DNA of 64,000 nucleotides from Longimicrobiales bacterium (GTDB lineage: Bacteria; Gemmatimonadota; Gemmatimonadetes; Longimicrobiales; Gaopeijiaceae). The notes beneath the pieces are model-generated. The model was not told where the DNA came from and did not search any database. It worked only from the letters and a program-made list of their open reading frames with translations. Where the stretch lies: positions 1-64,000 of the forward strand of contig CBDANQ010000059.1 of assembly GCA_965197725.1 (NCBI GenBank), in the 5' to 3' direction. Shown here piece after piece: positions 1 to 11,442 of this stretch; the first letter of the stretch is position 1; the number at the start of each line of letters is the position of its first letter. A program made the position numbers and the translations under genes.

Positions 1-1602
1 ATGACCTTCGAGGCCATTCGCCTCGGAGCCAGCGGGAGTCGTCGCGCCGTCGTGACGGTCGAGTTGGGCCGCCTCACCCTCGCGGCCGGTGACACGATGG
101 AGGCCCGACGGCTGCTGTTGGAGGGCCTCGAAAACGCGCCCCGAGCGTCCCAGGCCCGCGCTGCGGTCTCGCTATCGGACATGGGTAGTTCGGACCGGGA
201 ACTGACGCTGCGTATCGCGCGGCTTTTGGATCGAGCCGGAGATGGCAGGGCGGGCTCTGCGCGGCTACGACCGTGTGATGGCGATGTCCCGAGAGGAGGG
301 CGTAGAGCCTCCACTACCGATGCGCGTCGAACGGGCGCGGCTCATGGGTACGGTGCGTGGTCGCCAGAAAGCGGCGATTGAAGAGTTCCGCGCGATCCGG
401 GAGGCGGCGGATGACGTGTCCATCGGTGCGCGTAACCTGGAGTTGTGGGCCCAACTGAGGCGTCGCCAGGGCTTGAGCGACCAGGTGAGCACGCTGCGGC
501 GGTGGCTGATCGAGGAATATCCGAGCAGCGGACAGGCCGCCGAGGTCGTGTGGTCTCGTGCCAGCTCTGCGGATACGAGAGGCAGCATCGACTCCGCTCT
601 CGGCCAGTACGCCTTCCTAGCCGAGAACGCCCGCACCCACACGCGGGCCGGCCAGGCTCGGATGCGCTCCGGTCAGATTCATTTGGGACGGTCGAACCTG
701 GCTAGCGCGGTGTCGGTCTACGAGCAATACGTGGTGGACTTCCCACGCGGGCGCAGATGGCAGGAGGCCTCGTATTGGGCCGGACGCGTCCGTCTCGAGT
801 TGGGTGATACAGCCGAGGCGCGGGCGCACATCGATCGCGTCTGGGCCGGTGACCCAGTCTCCTACTATTCGGTAATGGGTGCGGAGCTGCTCGGCGTGGA
901 ATACGAGATGGACCTGCCCGACGCGGAGGCACCACCGGCTCCGACCTGGTTGACCGACGGTCTTGCACGGCTGGCTCTGTTCACGGAGGCGAGCCTCGCG
1001 CGCGCCGCGAGCGCTGAAATCGCGCGGCTGACCGATCTCGCCCGCAGCTCGCCGCACGACATGCTGAGCCTTGCCGAGGCACTCATCGAGCGTGGCCGCA
1101 CCATCGACGGGATCAACGCCTCATCCGGGTGGCCTTCCCGTTCCCGTACCGGGAGCTGGTGCGCAGGGAGGCCGAAGAGTGGGGTCTCGACCCGATCGCG
1201 ATGGCAGCGATCATCCGGCAGGAGTCGGCGTTCAAGGCGGACATCGTCAGTCATGCCGGCGCGGTCGGCCTCATGCAGGTCATGCCGCCGACGGGTGCCG
1301 AGCTCGCACGGGCACATGGACCCGACGGTTTTCTTCCGGCGAACCTGACGGCTCCGGAGGTGAGCCTGCACCTCGGTGCCGCGTTCTTCGTGGAGATGAG
1401 TGCCCGTTACGACGGCAACCTGCCGCTGGTGCTCTCGGCGTACAACGCCGGCCCGACACGCGCGAACCGTTGGCGGCGGTACCCGGAGGCCTCCGATCCG
1501 CTCCGCTTCACAGAGCGGATCCCCCTCGTCGAGACCCGTGGCTACGTCAAGAACGTGCGCCGAAATCTCGGTCTTTATCGCGTGCTCTACGGACAAGACT
1601 GA
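1..1602 (+). pseudogene. Slt70-like soluble lytic transglycosylase with TPR-like helical repeats, broken into three frames; 5' end may lie outside the window
   Basis: The C-terminal piece has SLT motifs IRQES, GAVGLMQVMP, AYNAGP and ETRGYV. An extra G near 250 (GATGGCAGGGCGGGCTCTG) shifts DGRA into ALRGYD. A second break near 1117 joins DGIN to RLIRVAFPFPYR in another frame. Confidence 0.8.
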
Positions 1603-1664
1603 TCGCGGCCGGCGACGCCCGAAGTGCGATCTCCGCTTCAGGGCGTCCCTCGAGCGCAGGTCGC

Positions 1665-1693
1665 TTGCCGCCACGCGGATTACGTCCTAAGGT
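1665..1693 (+). promoter_or_regulatory. Putative sigma-70 promoter of the cold-shock gene
   Basis: TTGCCG-17 bp-TAAGGT upstream of an RBS (GGAGGT) and the ATG at 1744. Confidence 0.5.
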
Positions 1694-1743
1694 GGATCAC
1701 CGCGTGAAGCGCGAACGTCTATTACTCAGTCGGAGGTAGCAGC

Positions 1744-1941
1744 ATGAAGGGGACCGTAAAATGGTTCAACGACTCGAAAGGGTACGGCTTCATCCAACAC
1801 ACGGACGGTGACGACGTATTTGTCCACTTCTCAGAGATCGTCGGTGACGGGTTTCGGACCCTTCACGAAGGCGACGCGGTGGAATTCGAGGTCCGCGACT
1901 CGGATAGGGGCCGGCAGGCGACCAACGTGATTCGAGCCTGA
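1744..1941 (+). CDS. cspA: Cold-shock protein (CSD)
   Basis: [15 protein letters not shown] and DVFVHFS RNP motifs, 65 aa, good RBS. Confidence 0.95.
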   Translation: MKGTVKWFNDSKGYGFIQHTDGDDVFVHFSEIVGDGFRTLHEGDAVEFEVRDSDRGRQATNVIRA

Positions 1942-1963
1942 CGCTCTCTTCCGCATAGGTCCC

Positions 1964-1997
1964 AAGCGCCCTCGGCCAAAGCCGGGGGCGCTTTTTT
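1964..1997 (+). terminator. Intrinsic terminator after csp
   Basis: AAGCGCCCTCGGC-CAAA-GCCGGGGGCGCTT hairpin running into a T-tract. Confidence 0.85.
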
Positions 1998-2024
1998 GAC
2001 ACCAACACGAGACCCAGACGGCTG

Positions 2025-4805
2025 TTGAAGATTCCCCCCAAGACCAAGCCTCGCATCTTTCTCATCGATGCGTACGCGCTCATCTACCGAGCGTATTTTG
2101 CGTTCATTCAGCGGCCGCTTACCAATGCCGCCGGTGAAAATACGTCGGCGCCCTTCGGGTTCACGCGTTTTCTGCTCGACATCCGGGAGGACTTCGCGCC
2201 GGACTACCTCGCCGTCGTCTTCGACGCGGGAGATTCGTTCAGGGCTGAGGAATATCCGGAGTACAAGGCGACGCGAGAGAAGATGCCCGACGACCTGCGC
2301 GCCAGCCTCGGCCAGATCCGTGACATCGTGGAGGCGTTCAACGATCCGATCGTCGAGCTCGACGGCTACGAGGCCGACGACGTCATCGGGACGCTTGCGA
2401 TGCGCGCGAGGAATGCGGGACTCGAGGCCGTGATCGTATCCGGCGACAAGGACTTCTATCAGCTCGTGGGGCCGGACATCCACCTGATGAACCCGGGCAG
2501 AGGGGGGTCGACCGGGGTCGCGGCCGACTGGGTCACCGAAGAGAATGCGGATGAGAAGTTCGGCATCCCACCTTCGCAAGTGGTCGACTATCTCGCGTTG
2601 GTCGGGGATTCGTCCGACAACATCCCCGGCGCACGGGGAGTGGGTCCAAAGACTGCGTTGGCGTTGCTGCGGCAGCACGGGGATATTGAGGCGCTGATCG
2701 CGAACGCAGAGGGATTGAAGCCGCCGCGCGCGTCCAAGTCGCTTCGCGAAAATGCGGAGGTGGTCCGGCTCTCGAAACGGCTCGTCACGATCATGACCGA
2801 CCTCGACATCGAGTTGAATCTCGAGGCGCTCAAGGTCGGGGAGCCCAACAACGAGGCACTGCGCGACATTTTCGTGGAGCTCGAGTTCAGACCACTCGCC
2901 GAACAGTTTGCTGCGCTCGCGCAAGTCAGCGGTGTCGCGCCGGCCGAGCTCGAAAAAGCCAAAGTGACTTACTCGGTGGTGGACGAGGTGTTGGAAGTCT
3001 GGAAACTCGTCGATGTGATCCGGGCCGCTGGGCGCGTGGCGATCGCCGCGGAGCCGACCACGGAAGACCCTCTTCGTGGGGAGCTGGTGTCTGTCGGGCT
3101 CTCCGTCGAAGGCGGTACGGCGTGGTATCTCCCCTTCGCTCACCAGCAGCCGTTCGAGCTGACATTCGAAGGAGAGACGTCAGCGAGGGTCACAAACCTG
3201 CCTAGCCTGGCGACCGTCGAGATGTCCGGGCTCAAGGTGTTACTGGAAGATCCGAAGGTGGCAAAGGTCGGCCACGACCTGAAGCGTACCGCGCTCACGC
3301 TCTCGCGTGCGGGAGTAACCCTGGGCGGCATCACATGCGATGCGATGGTGGCGAGCTACGTGCTCGACCCGGGACGGCGAGGTCACGAGCTCGCGGCTCT
3401 CTCGGTGGAGATTTTGTCCCACAAGCCGGTCGCGTACGCGGACGTCGTGGGCAGAGGCCGCAAGAGGGTGCCGTTCGCGGAAGCACCCATCGAACGTGCG
3501 CGGGAGTTCGTGTGCGAGACGGCGGATCTGTCGTTTCAGCTGGCCGAGCACTTCGACGAGAAGCTGGACGAGCAGGCACTCGGCGACCTCATGGCCGATC
3601 TCGAAATGCCGCTCCTGCCGCTCCTGACGCGCATGGAGCTTGCGGGCATCGGCATCGACGAAGACTTCTTCCGCGCCATGCGATCGAAGCTGAAGCGCGA
3701 GCTCGATCAGATCCAGGAGGAGATCTTCAAAGTCGCGGGCGGCGACTTCAATCTGAACTCGACGCAGCAACTCCGGCAGGTGTTGTTCGAGAAGCTGGAT
3801 CTGCCGGTCCTCAAGAAGACCAAGACCGGCCCGTCGACGGATGTGTCGGTGCTGGAGGAGCTGGCAGAGCAGGGTCACGAAGTCCCGAAGCTCATGATGG
3901 AGTACCGCGAGCTCGAGAAGCTGAGGTCGACCTACGTGGACGCGCTGCCGCAGCTGGTGAATAGCCGAACCCACCGTATCCACACGAGCTTCAACCAGAC
4001 CGTAGCCGCCACCGGGCGGCTGTCGTCGAGCGATCCGAATCTACAAAACATCCCCATTCGCACCGATCTTGGACGTGAGATCCGGAAGGGCTTCGTCGCA
4101 GCGCCAGGTACTGTTTTCCTCTCGGTCGACTACTCACAAATCGAGTTGCGCGTGATGGCGCACTTCTCGGGAGACGAGGCCTTCGTCACGGCCTTTACCC
4201 AGGGCATCGACGTGCACCGGCAGACTGCGTCGGTCGTCTTCGAAATCCCGATTGACGACGTGACCGCGCACATGCGCGGGCAGGCCAAGACCGTGAACTT
4301 CGCGACGCTGTACGGTCAGGGACCGTTCTCTCTCGCGCGACAGCTCGGCACCACGCGTGAAGAGGCCAAGGAGTTCATCGCCACGTACTTTGAACGCTTC
4401 AGCGGCGTCCGTGACTTCCTCGACGCCCAGGTCGAGATGGCCAGGGAACAGGGGTATGTGGAGACGCTCATGGGGCGGAGGCGATACGTGCCGGAGCTGC
4501 GGGCCGGGGACTGGAACGTACGCCAGTTCGGTGAGCGCGTGGCCCAGAATACACCGATCCAGGGCACCGCCGCGGACCTCATGAAAAAGGCAATGATAGA
4601 CGTGCAGGCCGCGCTGGACGGAGCCGACACAGGAGCTGAGATGCTTCTGCAGGTGCATGATGAGCTGCTTCTCGAGGTGCCGGAAGTCGAGGTCGATTCC
4701 GTCCGCGATCTCGTGATCAGCCGCATGGAAGGCGCCGTTGAGCTGAATGTGCCGCTCGTGGCCGAGTGGGGCATCGGTGCCAATTGGTACGAGTGCAAAG
4801 GGTAG
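2025..4805 (+). CDS. polA: DNA polymerase I
   Basis: 5'-3' exonuclease (LIDAYALIYRAY, EADDVIG, GDSSDNIPG) plus family A polymerase motifs (TGRLSS, DYSQIELR, QVHDEL). Confidence 0.98.
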   Translation: MKIPPKTKPRIFLIDAYALIYRAYFAFIQRPLTNAAGENTSAPFGFTRFLLDIREDFAPDYLAVVFDAGDSFRAEEYPEYKATREKMPDDLRASLGQIRDIVEAFNDPIVELDGYEADDVIGTLAMRARNAGLEAVIVSGDKDFYQLVGPDIHLMNPGRGGSTGVAADWVTEENADEKFGIPPSQVVDYLALVGDSSDNIPGARGVGPKTALALLRQHGDIEALIANAEGLKPPRASKSLRENAEVVRLSKRLVTIMTDLDIELNLEALKVGEPNNEALRDIFVELEFRPLAEQFAALAQVSGVAPAELEKAKVTYSVVDEVLEVWKLVDVIRAAGRVAIAAEPTTEDPLRGELVSVGLSVEGGTAWYLPFAHQQPFELTFEGETSARVTNLPSLATVEMSGLKVLLEDPKVAKVGHDLKRTALTLSRAGVTLGGITCDAMVASYVLDPGRRGHELAALSVEILSHKPVAYADVVGRGRKRVPFAEAPIERAREFVCETADLSFQLAEHFDEKLDEQALGDLMADLEMPLLPLLTRMELAGIGIDEDFFRAMRSKLKRELDQIQEEIFKVAGGDFNLNSTQQLRQVLFEKLDLPVLKKTKTGPSTDVSVLEELAEQGHEVPKLMMEYRELEKLRSTYVDALPQLVNSRTHRIHTSFNQTVAATGRLSSSDPNLQNIPIRTDLGREIRKGFVAAPGTVFLSVDYSQIELRVMAHFSGDEAFVTAFTQGIDVHRQTASVVFEIPIDDVTAHMRGQAKTVNFATLYGQGPFSLARQLGTTREEAKEFIATYFERFSGVRDFLDAQVEMAREQGYVETLMGRRRYVPELRAGDWNVRQFGERVAQNTPIQGTAADLMKKAMIDVQAALDGADTGAEMLLQVHDELLLEVPEVEVDSVRDLVISRMEGAVELNVPLVAEWGIGANWYECKG

Positions 4806-4947
4806 CAGACCGTGGTAGATCGGGCTGCTAAGGTTGAGATCGTCCCGTTCCGCCATCCGCCCGCCCCGATTCCGCCTCCATCCTTCGGTTGCAGGCAACG
4901 CTCGGGGATCGCTCCGAGCAGGTCGAACCAACACCGGAGGGATTCAC

Positions 4948-5313
4948 ATGAGCCGGTCCGTGAACAAGATCACTCTCATTGGGAACGTGGGGCGTGATCC
5001 GGACATCCAGCAGACCAAGAGCGGCACGAAGGTCGCCCATTTCTCACTCGCCACGAACCGCCGCAAGCCCGCGAACGCCGAGCAGGAGGAGCGCACTGAT
5101 TGGCACCGGCTGACGCTGTGGAACCGTCAAGCGCAGTTCGCCGAGGACTACGTCCGAGTCGGCGATCGCATCTACGTCGAGGGCCGCCTCGAGTACGACT
5201 CGTACGAGCGGGATGGCGTGACGATCCCGACCGCGGAGATCATCGTTCACACGGTGGTCATGCTGTCGTCGAAAGCCGGCGTATCGGACGAGGATCTAGA
5301 GGAAGCGGCGTAG
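4948..5313 (+). CDS. ssb: Single-stranded DNA-binding protein (short form)
   Basis: MSRSVNKITLIGNVGRDP...FSLATN...TDWHR...IYVEGRL; RBS GGAGG before ATG 4948. Confidence 0.93.
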   Translation: MSRSVNKITLIGNVGRDPDIQQTKSGTKVAHFSLATNRRKPANAEQEERTDWHRLTLWNRQAQFAEDYVRVGDRIYVEGRLEYDSYERDGVTIPTAEIIVHTVVMLSSKAGVSDEDLEEAA

Positions 5314-5336
5314 CAACCCGTGGCGGGGGGTGGCTG

Positions 5337-7365
5337 CTACAGCCAGCCGCGGAACCGCGGCACGATCGAGAAGATCAGCTCCCACTTCCCGTCACGGAGG
5401 CCGCGTCCCACGTCGAACCGAAGCACGTCCCACCCCAACGCGAGTCCGGCGCCCACGGTGGCACGGAGACCGTCCGAGTCTCTGGCCTGCCATTCGGTCG
5501 GAACGACGCGTGCATCGAGGTAGGTAGCTCCCACTCCACCGAAAACGCGCAGGCTCACCCACGGCGATCGCAGCGGAAAACGTTCCTTCTGCCCGCATGA
5601 GCCAGAAGCGGTCTCCGACGAAGTCCCGGTAGTGGTAGCCAGGAAGTGTCTCCCGACCACCGAGCAGAAAGAGCGCCTGGACGGGAGCCTCGTCGGTCAC
5701 CAGCCCGGCGGATGCGTGGAGCTCCGCGTGCCAGCGCTCTTCCCGGTCTTGGAGCGTCCACCGCGCGTTTCCCAGGAGCGTGGCGAACGCGTGAGTTTCG
5801 AAACGTGCGCCCGTGGCGGTGAGTGTGCCGGTTCCGTTCGCAGGAAGCCCGACGGGCAGTGTGACCTCGACTGCGCCCAGGATGCCCTCATCGATAGTGC
5901 GAACCGGCCGGAGATCCGCGCCCGGCACCTCCGACACGACGTCCTCCGCAGATTCGTGACGTTCCCACCGCAGAGCCACGCTCGGGGTCCCAGCGTCGCG
6001 GGAGTTGAATGCGAGGCGTATTCCGCGAGCGAAGAAGGGATCCAAGTAGTCGTTGATGCTGGCTGCGGCAGCGAGTGTGTTCGTGAACCCGGAGGCAGTC
6101 CTGGCGGGTCCGAAGTCGCGGATCTGATTCCAGTACACCTCCACCGTCGGTACCACCGGATCTGGCCCGCCCGTCAGTGTCGTTGCGAGCGAGGCCTTGC
6201 CGCGTCCTATCGCGTAGCCTGCGGACGCCCTCAGCCGCACGCCGCCGGTAGTCCGCGCGGTCAGGCCGGCCCCAAAATAGTTTCCTTCCGCCCGGTTGTA
6301 GCGGGCCGCGCTGGACATCGATCCGAGATACAAGCGTAGCGGACCGAGGCCGCTGAGGTAGCGATCCTGGAATGCCTGTCTGGCCTGTGCTCGGATCTCC
6401 TCCATCGTCGGTGACGGCGCGAGGCCGACGTCGTCGAGGTCGTCGAATAGGCCCCCCTCGAACGGGAACGCCTCCAGCTGCTCCTGGGGCAGCGCCGTCA
6501 CGCGGCGCCCCAGCAGCGCCGGATTAGCGATCTCCGCGTTGAACTCGTAGCGGCCGATCTCGTACCGGCCCCGGATGATGCTACCCGCCATGAAGTCGAG
6601 CTCGGGCAGCTCTCGGCGGAGCTCAGCTTCCTGTCGATAGGGGAGCCAGTACTTGCCGTCCCACAGCGAGTTGTCGAGCGAGATCCGAATGTAGTCCAGG
6701 TACGGATCGACATAGGACGCAGGTGTGAACGTGAAGTTCATGCGCACAATCGATGACGTCCCGCGATCGAGAAATACCGACCCGATGAGCCCGGGTCGAT
6801 TGTACTCCTTCGGGCGCACGCGGACTTCGTACACGCGGGTTTGCGCGACAGCGTCCCCATAAGCGATCGAGAGAGAGTCCGCCAACAGGAAGTCGTAGAC
6901 GCGCTCGGCGTCCGGACCCAGCGGGTGGAGCACCTGCTCGACCTCATCTCCGTCCCCCAGACGGATGAAGTCGCCGAAGTCGTCCTGCACCACGGTGAGG
7001 TGATCGAGGTGGTACCTGATGTTCGTTGGTAGCAACCTCTCGTCTCTGCGTCCGACGATCCGCTGGCCGGTCTGGCTCGGTGCCCGCCAGAACACCTCCA
7101 GCGCGACCTGGTCCGCCTTCAGGAGCGTACGCTCGTCGGAGTCCGGGCGATCGATGAAGAAGTAGACGTACCCCCTCGCTTGGCCCACGTAGGACCGAAA
7201 CGCGGCGTCGACCGCCACCGAATGCCTTTCGGCCCGCGCCTGAGCGATCAGCTGGAGCACCCTGGCATCGTTCCAGACCTCGGCACGTTGTGCGGCGGCG
7301 GCGCCGTTCCATCCCAGAAGGACGGCCAGGATGTAGCAGAGGAGTCGCGAGAATGGCTGCTTCAA
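5337..7365 (-). pseudogene. Exported outer-membrane beta-barrel protein (DUF5686/Omp85-like C-terminus), frameshifted near 5578
   Basis: Signal peptide, and LGGRETLPGY..F.GD barrel motif. An extra T in GGAACGTTTTCCGCTG separates the last beta-strands (ORF 5337..5660, ...LRFDVGRGL...RFRGWL). Confidence 0.65.
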
Positions 7366-7431
7366 GGACCTTCCCGGTCAGGGGAGGACATGCACGCTTG
7401 GTACGCTCGCTCGCCGAGGCCGGTTCCCCAA

Positions 7432-7470
7432 CGCGAAGGGCCCGGTCCCGGAGGACAGGGCCCTTTCGTG
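7432..7470 (-). terminator. GC-rich hairpin downstream of the sigma factor
   Basis: CGCGAAGGGCCC.GTCC-CGGA-GGAC.GGGCCCTTTCGTG inverted repeat; weak U-tract. Confidence 0.5.
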
Positions 7471-7490
7471 GATCTCTTGCCAGACTGGTC

Positions 7491-8351
7491 TCAGTGGGGC
7501 GTCCAGAAGCCCGAGAGCGACTCCCCGTGCGGGCTCTCGCGCAGCTTCTCGAAGGCACGGTTGCGGATCTGGCGGATCCGCTCGCGTGTGACGCCGAGCA
7601 AGGATCCGATCTCCTCCAGTGTCCTCTCTTCACCGTCGTCGAGGCCGTAGTAGAGATAGAGGATCTTCCGCTCCCGCTCGGTCAGGTACTGCTCAAACAT
7701 CGTCTCGAGGAAGTCGCGACGAGCGATCGCTTCGACGTCCTCTTCGATGTCGGACGCCTCGGCACCGGCAAAGCGCTCGCCGAAGCTGGCGCTGTCACGG
7801 TCGCTGCGGTCGATGGGGGCGTCGAGACTCAGCTCGGAAGCCGCCACGCGTCGGAGCGCGCGGATGGTGTCGACCGGCTCTTCCATCTCCTTCGCGATCT
7901 CCTGATCCGTGGGAGTCCGGCCAAGCAACTGGGTCAGCTGCGTATTCGTGCGCGCGAGCTTCGCCAGGTTCGAGTTCTGGTTGAGCGGGATGCGTACGGA
8001 CCGCGTCTGCTCCGCCAGCGCCTGGAGGACGGTTTGACGGATCCACCACACGGCGTAGGAAATGAACTTTACGCCCTTGTCGGGATCGAACTTCTTCACC
8101 GCCTTGAGAAGGCCCTCGTTGCCGATGCACACGAGCTCGGCCAGGCCAAGGCCCCTCCCCTGGTACTTCTTAACGTAGGAGATGACGAAGCGGAGGTTCG
8201 CCGTGACCAGACGCTCGGCGGCTTCCTTATCGCCGACACGCGCCCGACGCGCAAGCTCACGCTCTTCGCGGGGGTCCTGAATGAGAGGGTACTTCTCTAC
8301 GTCCTGCAGATACTGATCGAACGAATCCAAGCCACGGGAGGAAGAAAACAT
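7491..8351 (-). CDS. RNA polymerase sigma-70 family factor (RpoD/RpoS-like regions 1.2-4, no region 1.1)
   Basis: ANLRFVI, GNEGLLKAVKKFDP..KFISYAVWWIRQ, TLEEIG..GVTRERIRQI. Confidence 0.93.
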   Translation of the reverse strand: MFSSSRGLDSFDQYLQDVEKYPLIQDPREERELARRARVGDKEAAERLVTANLRFVISYVKKYQGRGLGLAELVCIGNEGLLKAVKKFDPDKGVKFISYAVWWIRQTVLQALAEQTRSVRIPLNQNSNLAKLARTNTQLTQLLGRTPTDQEIAKEMEEPVDTIRALRRVAASELSLDAPIDRSDRDSASFGERFAGAEASDIEEDVEAIARRDFLETMFEQYLTERERKILYLYYGLDDGEERTLEEIGSLLGVTRERIRQIRNRAFEKLRESPHGESLSGFWTPH

Positions 8352-8483
8352 CCGTTTGTTGCCGTTCCTCGTCTGCGGGTCGATGAGGACCTGACTCTAC
8401 GATCCCGACCCCAACAACCCGCGTCCTGCTTGGGTTACGGAGGGGTCGGGATCGCTGATCCCAAAAACTTGAGGGTGAAGAAG

Positions 8484-8512
8484 AAGGTATAAAAGCCTGT
8501 TTCCGCGGTAAA
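8484..8512 (-). promoter_or_regulatory. Putative promoter of the sigma factor gene
   Basis: Minus strand TTTACC-17 bp-TACCTT in an AT-rich patch. Confidence 0.4.
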
Positions 8513-8537
8513 GGTTTTTTTCGGGGATGTCGGCCGC

Positions 8538-9508
8538 CTAGACGAAGATGAACTCTGCCCGGAGGCTTTCGGCGCTGGGGCCGTTCAGCGCGAAGAAGAT
8601 ACACGCACGCGCTTCGTCCGGACGCTCCAGGTCGCCCCTGCGAAAAAAGCCGCTTTCGACTACATCAATGGCGTCCAGGGCACCCAGTTCCACCAACCCA
8701 ACTCCTTTTCGTCTGCGGAAGACGAAGATCGGAGAGTCCCCCCGGACCACGATCCATCCGGGCACGAAGGGGGGAGCCCCGGGCAGTCGATGCGCGCCGA
8801 CGGAGCTCCCGCGCAGGCCGCCCCCTGGCGCCATCACGTCCCCTTCGAGTGCGGTGCGGACCCACTTGGGGAGAACTCCTCTGTGTTGGTCCATCGGCGT
8901 GCCCCGAGCGTCTGAAAGACGCGTCCAGCGGCGAGCCGAACCGCGAAAATGAAGGCCCGTACTCGAGATGCCCCACCGACCGATCCACCGACGGCAATGC
9001 CGAGGCCAACCGCGAGCGCCCAGGTCGGGTGATCGATCACGAGCGCTACGATGCCCAGGACGACGACATCCTCGAGGAGTGATGTCAGTAGCGGATGAGG
9101 CGCCCGCGACGACCCGAGCCAGCGCAGGATCGAGGCGCCGGAACGAATCGAGTGCGCCGCAGACGCCAGCGCCCCGGCGATCACGGCGCCGGCCGCGATG
9201 AGGAGCGGAGCTTGACCGTCGAGCAGGAGCAACGCGCCGGAGACCGGCCGGATGACCGTGTGGAACGCGTTCCAGACCAAGGTAGCGGTCGGGAAGCGCT
9301 CGGCTGCGAACTCCAAGAGGTAGAACCCACCTACCATCACCATGACTCCGAGCGAGTCCAGGTCACCCAGGGCTCCGGGCAACGGCTCGCTCCACCAAGT
9401 CGTGGTCGGCATGACCCCGAGGAAGAGCAGCGTGAGGTACAGGTCGATTCCCGCCGCGATCGCGAGCGGAAGCAGAACCAAGATCTCCGGGGGGAGCCCT
9501 GCGGGCAT
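8538..9508 (-). pseudogene. DUF4126-family membrane protein with C-terminal extension, frameshifted near 8870
   Basis: AAGIDLYLTLLFLG, LEFAAERFP, HTVIRP, SLLEDVVV. The frame jumps at GAGTTCTCCCCAAG from EEF to PKWVRTALEG. Confidence 0.6.
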
Positions 9509-9514
9509 GCGGCG

Positions 9515-11371
9515 TTACCTGCCCAGCTCGGTCACAAGGAAGTCCGGGCCGGTGCGGCTCCGCCGGCTACGCGCTAGCTGGGCGTCCGAGAAGCCAGGAC
9601 CAATCCCCAGTAGCTCGATCAGCGTAACGCGGAACACGGGACCGTGACTGCTCGTGTCACCCAGGGGCAACGCCAGGTCGATGCGTCCTCCCCTCCTCGA
9701 CCCGGCGGGTGTCGCGAAGCGGAGCCCGAACCCGACGGTGCCCTTCCATCCCGAGTCGACCCCGTACGGCACATCTCCAGACCACACGCGTCCCGCGTCG
9801 GCGAAGAGCGTGAAGCCGAGATCGAGCAGGTCCGGCCACGGCCACCTCGCGAAGATCCGGTCCTCGACCGTGAAGAGCAGGCGGTGGGCACCCGGTGCGT
9901 GCTCCTCGCGGAAGCCCCGCACGGCGTCCCTGCCACCCAGGGTCAACTGGAATGGGCCCTCCACCGACCAACCTCCCGAGGCCGAGGCGCGGAGGAAGAT
10001 GGTCTGCCCAGGAATTCTCTCGGTCCGCAGGTAACTGTAGAGGTCGAACTCCCCGATGACGTCGCGCCACGCGTTGTCTCCATTCCTCAGCCGACGACCC
10101 TCCGCCGCGAAGCGGGCGAAGACGAACGAACTGCCCGGGTCGTGCCCCGCGAAGAGGCGCACCCTGCCGAAGAGATCGTCGGGACTCGGGACGCCGTCCA
10201 GCGAGAGTAGGCCGATGCTTCGGCCGAGGGTGAGACCCAGGTCGGTGCCGAGCTGCACGTCCAACTCACCGTCCAGGGCGTCCAAGCCACGGGTACGTGC
10301 GAAGCGCAGATTTCTCTGCCCGAGCATGAGATTAACGCGGGTGGTGGAGCGGGCTTGGGTCTGACTCGCGACGATGTCGTGGACCGCGGTGGACGCGGCG
10401 ATCGTGTTTCCGAAGTCATTATCGATCGCGATATCGAGTCCGTCAGGGAACTCCCGGAATTCGATGCGTTCCCGGGTCAGTCCGACTCCGAGCAAGGTCA
10501 GATTGCCGGGCCGCCCCAGGCGGCCCGCCACCGAGACCTCGGCCCACTCGTCGCGATAGGGGAGCAACACGTTGGTGAAGTCCGGGTTGTCCGCCGCAGA
10601 GTACGTGAACACCTGGTCTCGGCGGTCGTACAGCTGCCGCAAGGCGAAGCGGCCGACTTCGCCCACGAACGGGTAGCTGATCCCCTGCTCCAGAAAGGCC
10701 CCGCCGCGGGTCCGGCCCCAACCGAAGTTCGCGTCGGTGCGAGTGCCGAAGAGACGAGGCTCCAGGAGTCTGAACCCCCTGTCGCGCTGCTCGCGCCGCC
10801 TGCGCATGAAGACTTCGGCACGTACCCCGCGTCCCAACAGGTTCTCCTCGGTCAGGTTCACGCGGTCCAGCTGCAGCCCTTGATCGAACGAGACGCCCAG
10901 GTCGAATTGGGTCGTCCACTCGTCCTGCGTATCGATGACGACGTGATACGTGCCGTCAGGCTGAGCTACCGGATAGACGTCCGCCGTCGCGATGAACGGA
11001 TACGATTCGAGAATCCGGTGTGACTCCTCAAGTATCAGCGGATTGAGGCACTCTCCTTCGCTGAACAGGACTTCGCGCAGGATGAAGCCCTCGCTCGTGT
11101 TGATGTGCAGCGCGTTGGCGAGACGGTAGAACCAGCGAAGCGGATCGCCGTCGATGATCTCGTAGATCGATCGGTTATCGACGAAGATGTTCGAGATCCG
11201 CCCGGTTTCGCACACCGCAGGGGAATCGATGACCTGGGACAGGGCCTCTTGCGCGACCGACGCGGTGATCGCCGCGCAGCCCAGCACCCCAAGAATGAAG
11301 ACCGGCAGGGCGGGTGCGGCGGCGCGGCTGCCGGGCTCAGGGCTCGTCGGGATTGGCGCTCGCGGGATCAT
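9515..11371 (-). CDS. Omp85/BamA-TamA-like surface antigen (POTRA + beta-barrel)
   Basis: Signal peptide, H.NT.E.FI.REVLF POTRA-like segment, [18 protein letters not shown] and FADAGRVW barrel motifs. Confidence 0.75.
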   Translation of the reverse strand: MIPRAPIPTSPEPGSRAAAPALPVFILGVLGCAAITASVAQEALSQVIDSPAVCETGRISNIFVDNRSIYEIIDGDPLRWFYRLANALHINTSEGFILREVLFSEGECLNPLILEESHRILESYPFIATADVYPVAQPDGTYHVVIDTQDEWTTQFDLGVSFDQGLQLDRVNLTEENLLGRGVRAEVFMRRRREQRDRGFRLLEPRLFGTRTDANFGWGRTRGGAFLEQGISYPFVGEVGRFALRQLYDRRDQVFTYSAADNPDFTNVLLPYRDEWAEVSVAGRLGRPGNLTLLGVGLTRERIEFREFPDGLDIAIDNDFGNTIAASTAVHDIVASQTQARSTTRVNLMLGQRNLRFARTRGLDALDGELDVQLGTDLGLTLGRSIGLLSLDGVPSPDDLFGRVRLFAGHDPGSSFVFARFAAEGRRLRNGDNAWRDVIGEFDLYSYLRTERIPGQTIFLRASASGGWSVEGPFQLTLGGRDAVRGFREEHAPGAHRLLFTVEDRIFARWPWPDLLDLGFTLFADAGRVWSGDVPYGVDSGWKGTVGFGLRFATPAGSRRGGRIDLALPLGDTSSHGPVFRVTLIELLGIGPGFSDAQLARSRRSRTGPDFLVTELGR

Positions 11372-11442
11372 CGGTTGTTTGCATGGTTTCGCAGGCTCAT
11401 CTACGCTTCATCGGAGCACCGTCCCGGGAGTATAAGGTAAGC

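Noticed and set aside
240..8880. Programmed ribosomal frameshifting in slt, the OM barrel or the DUF4126 gene
   Set aside because: No canonical slippery heptamer with stimulatory structure; simple indels explain the breaks, and single-base ones could also be read errors
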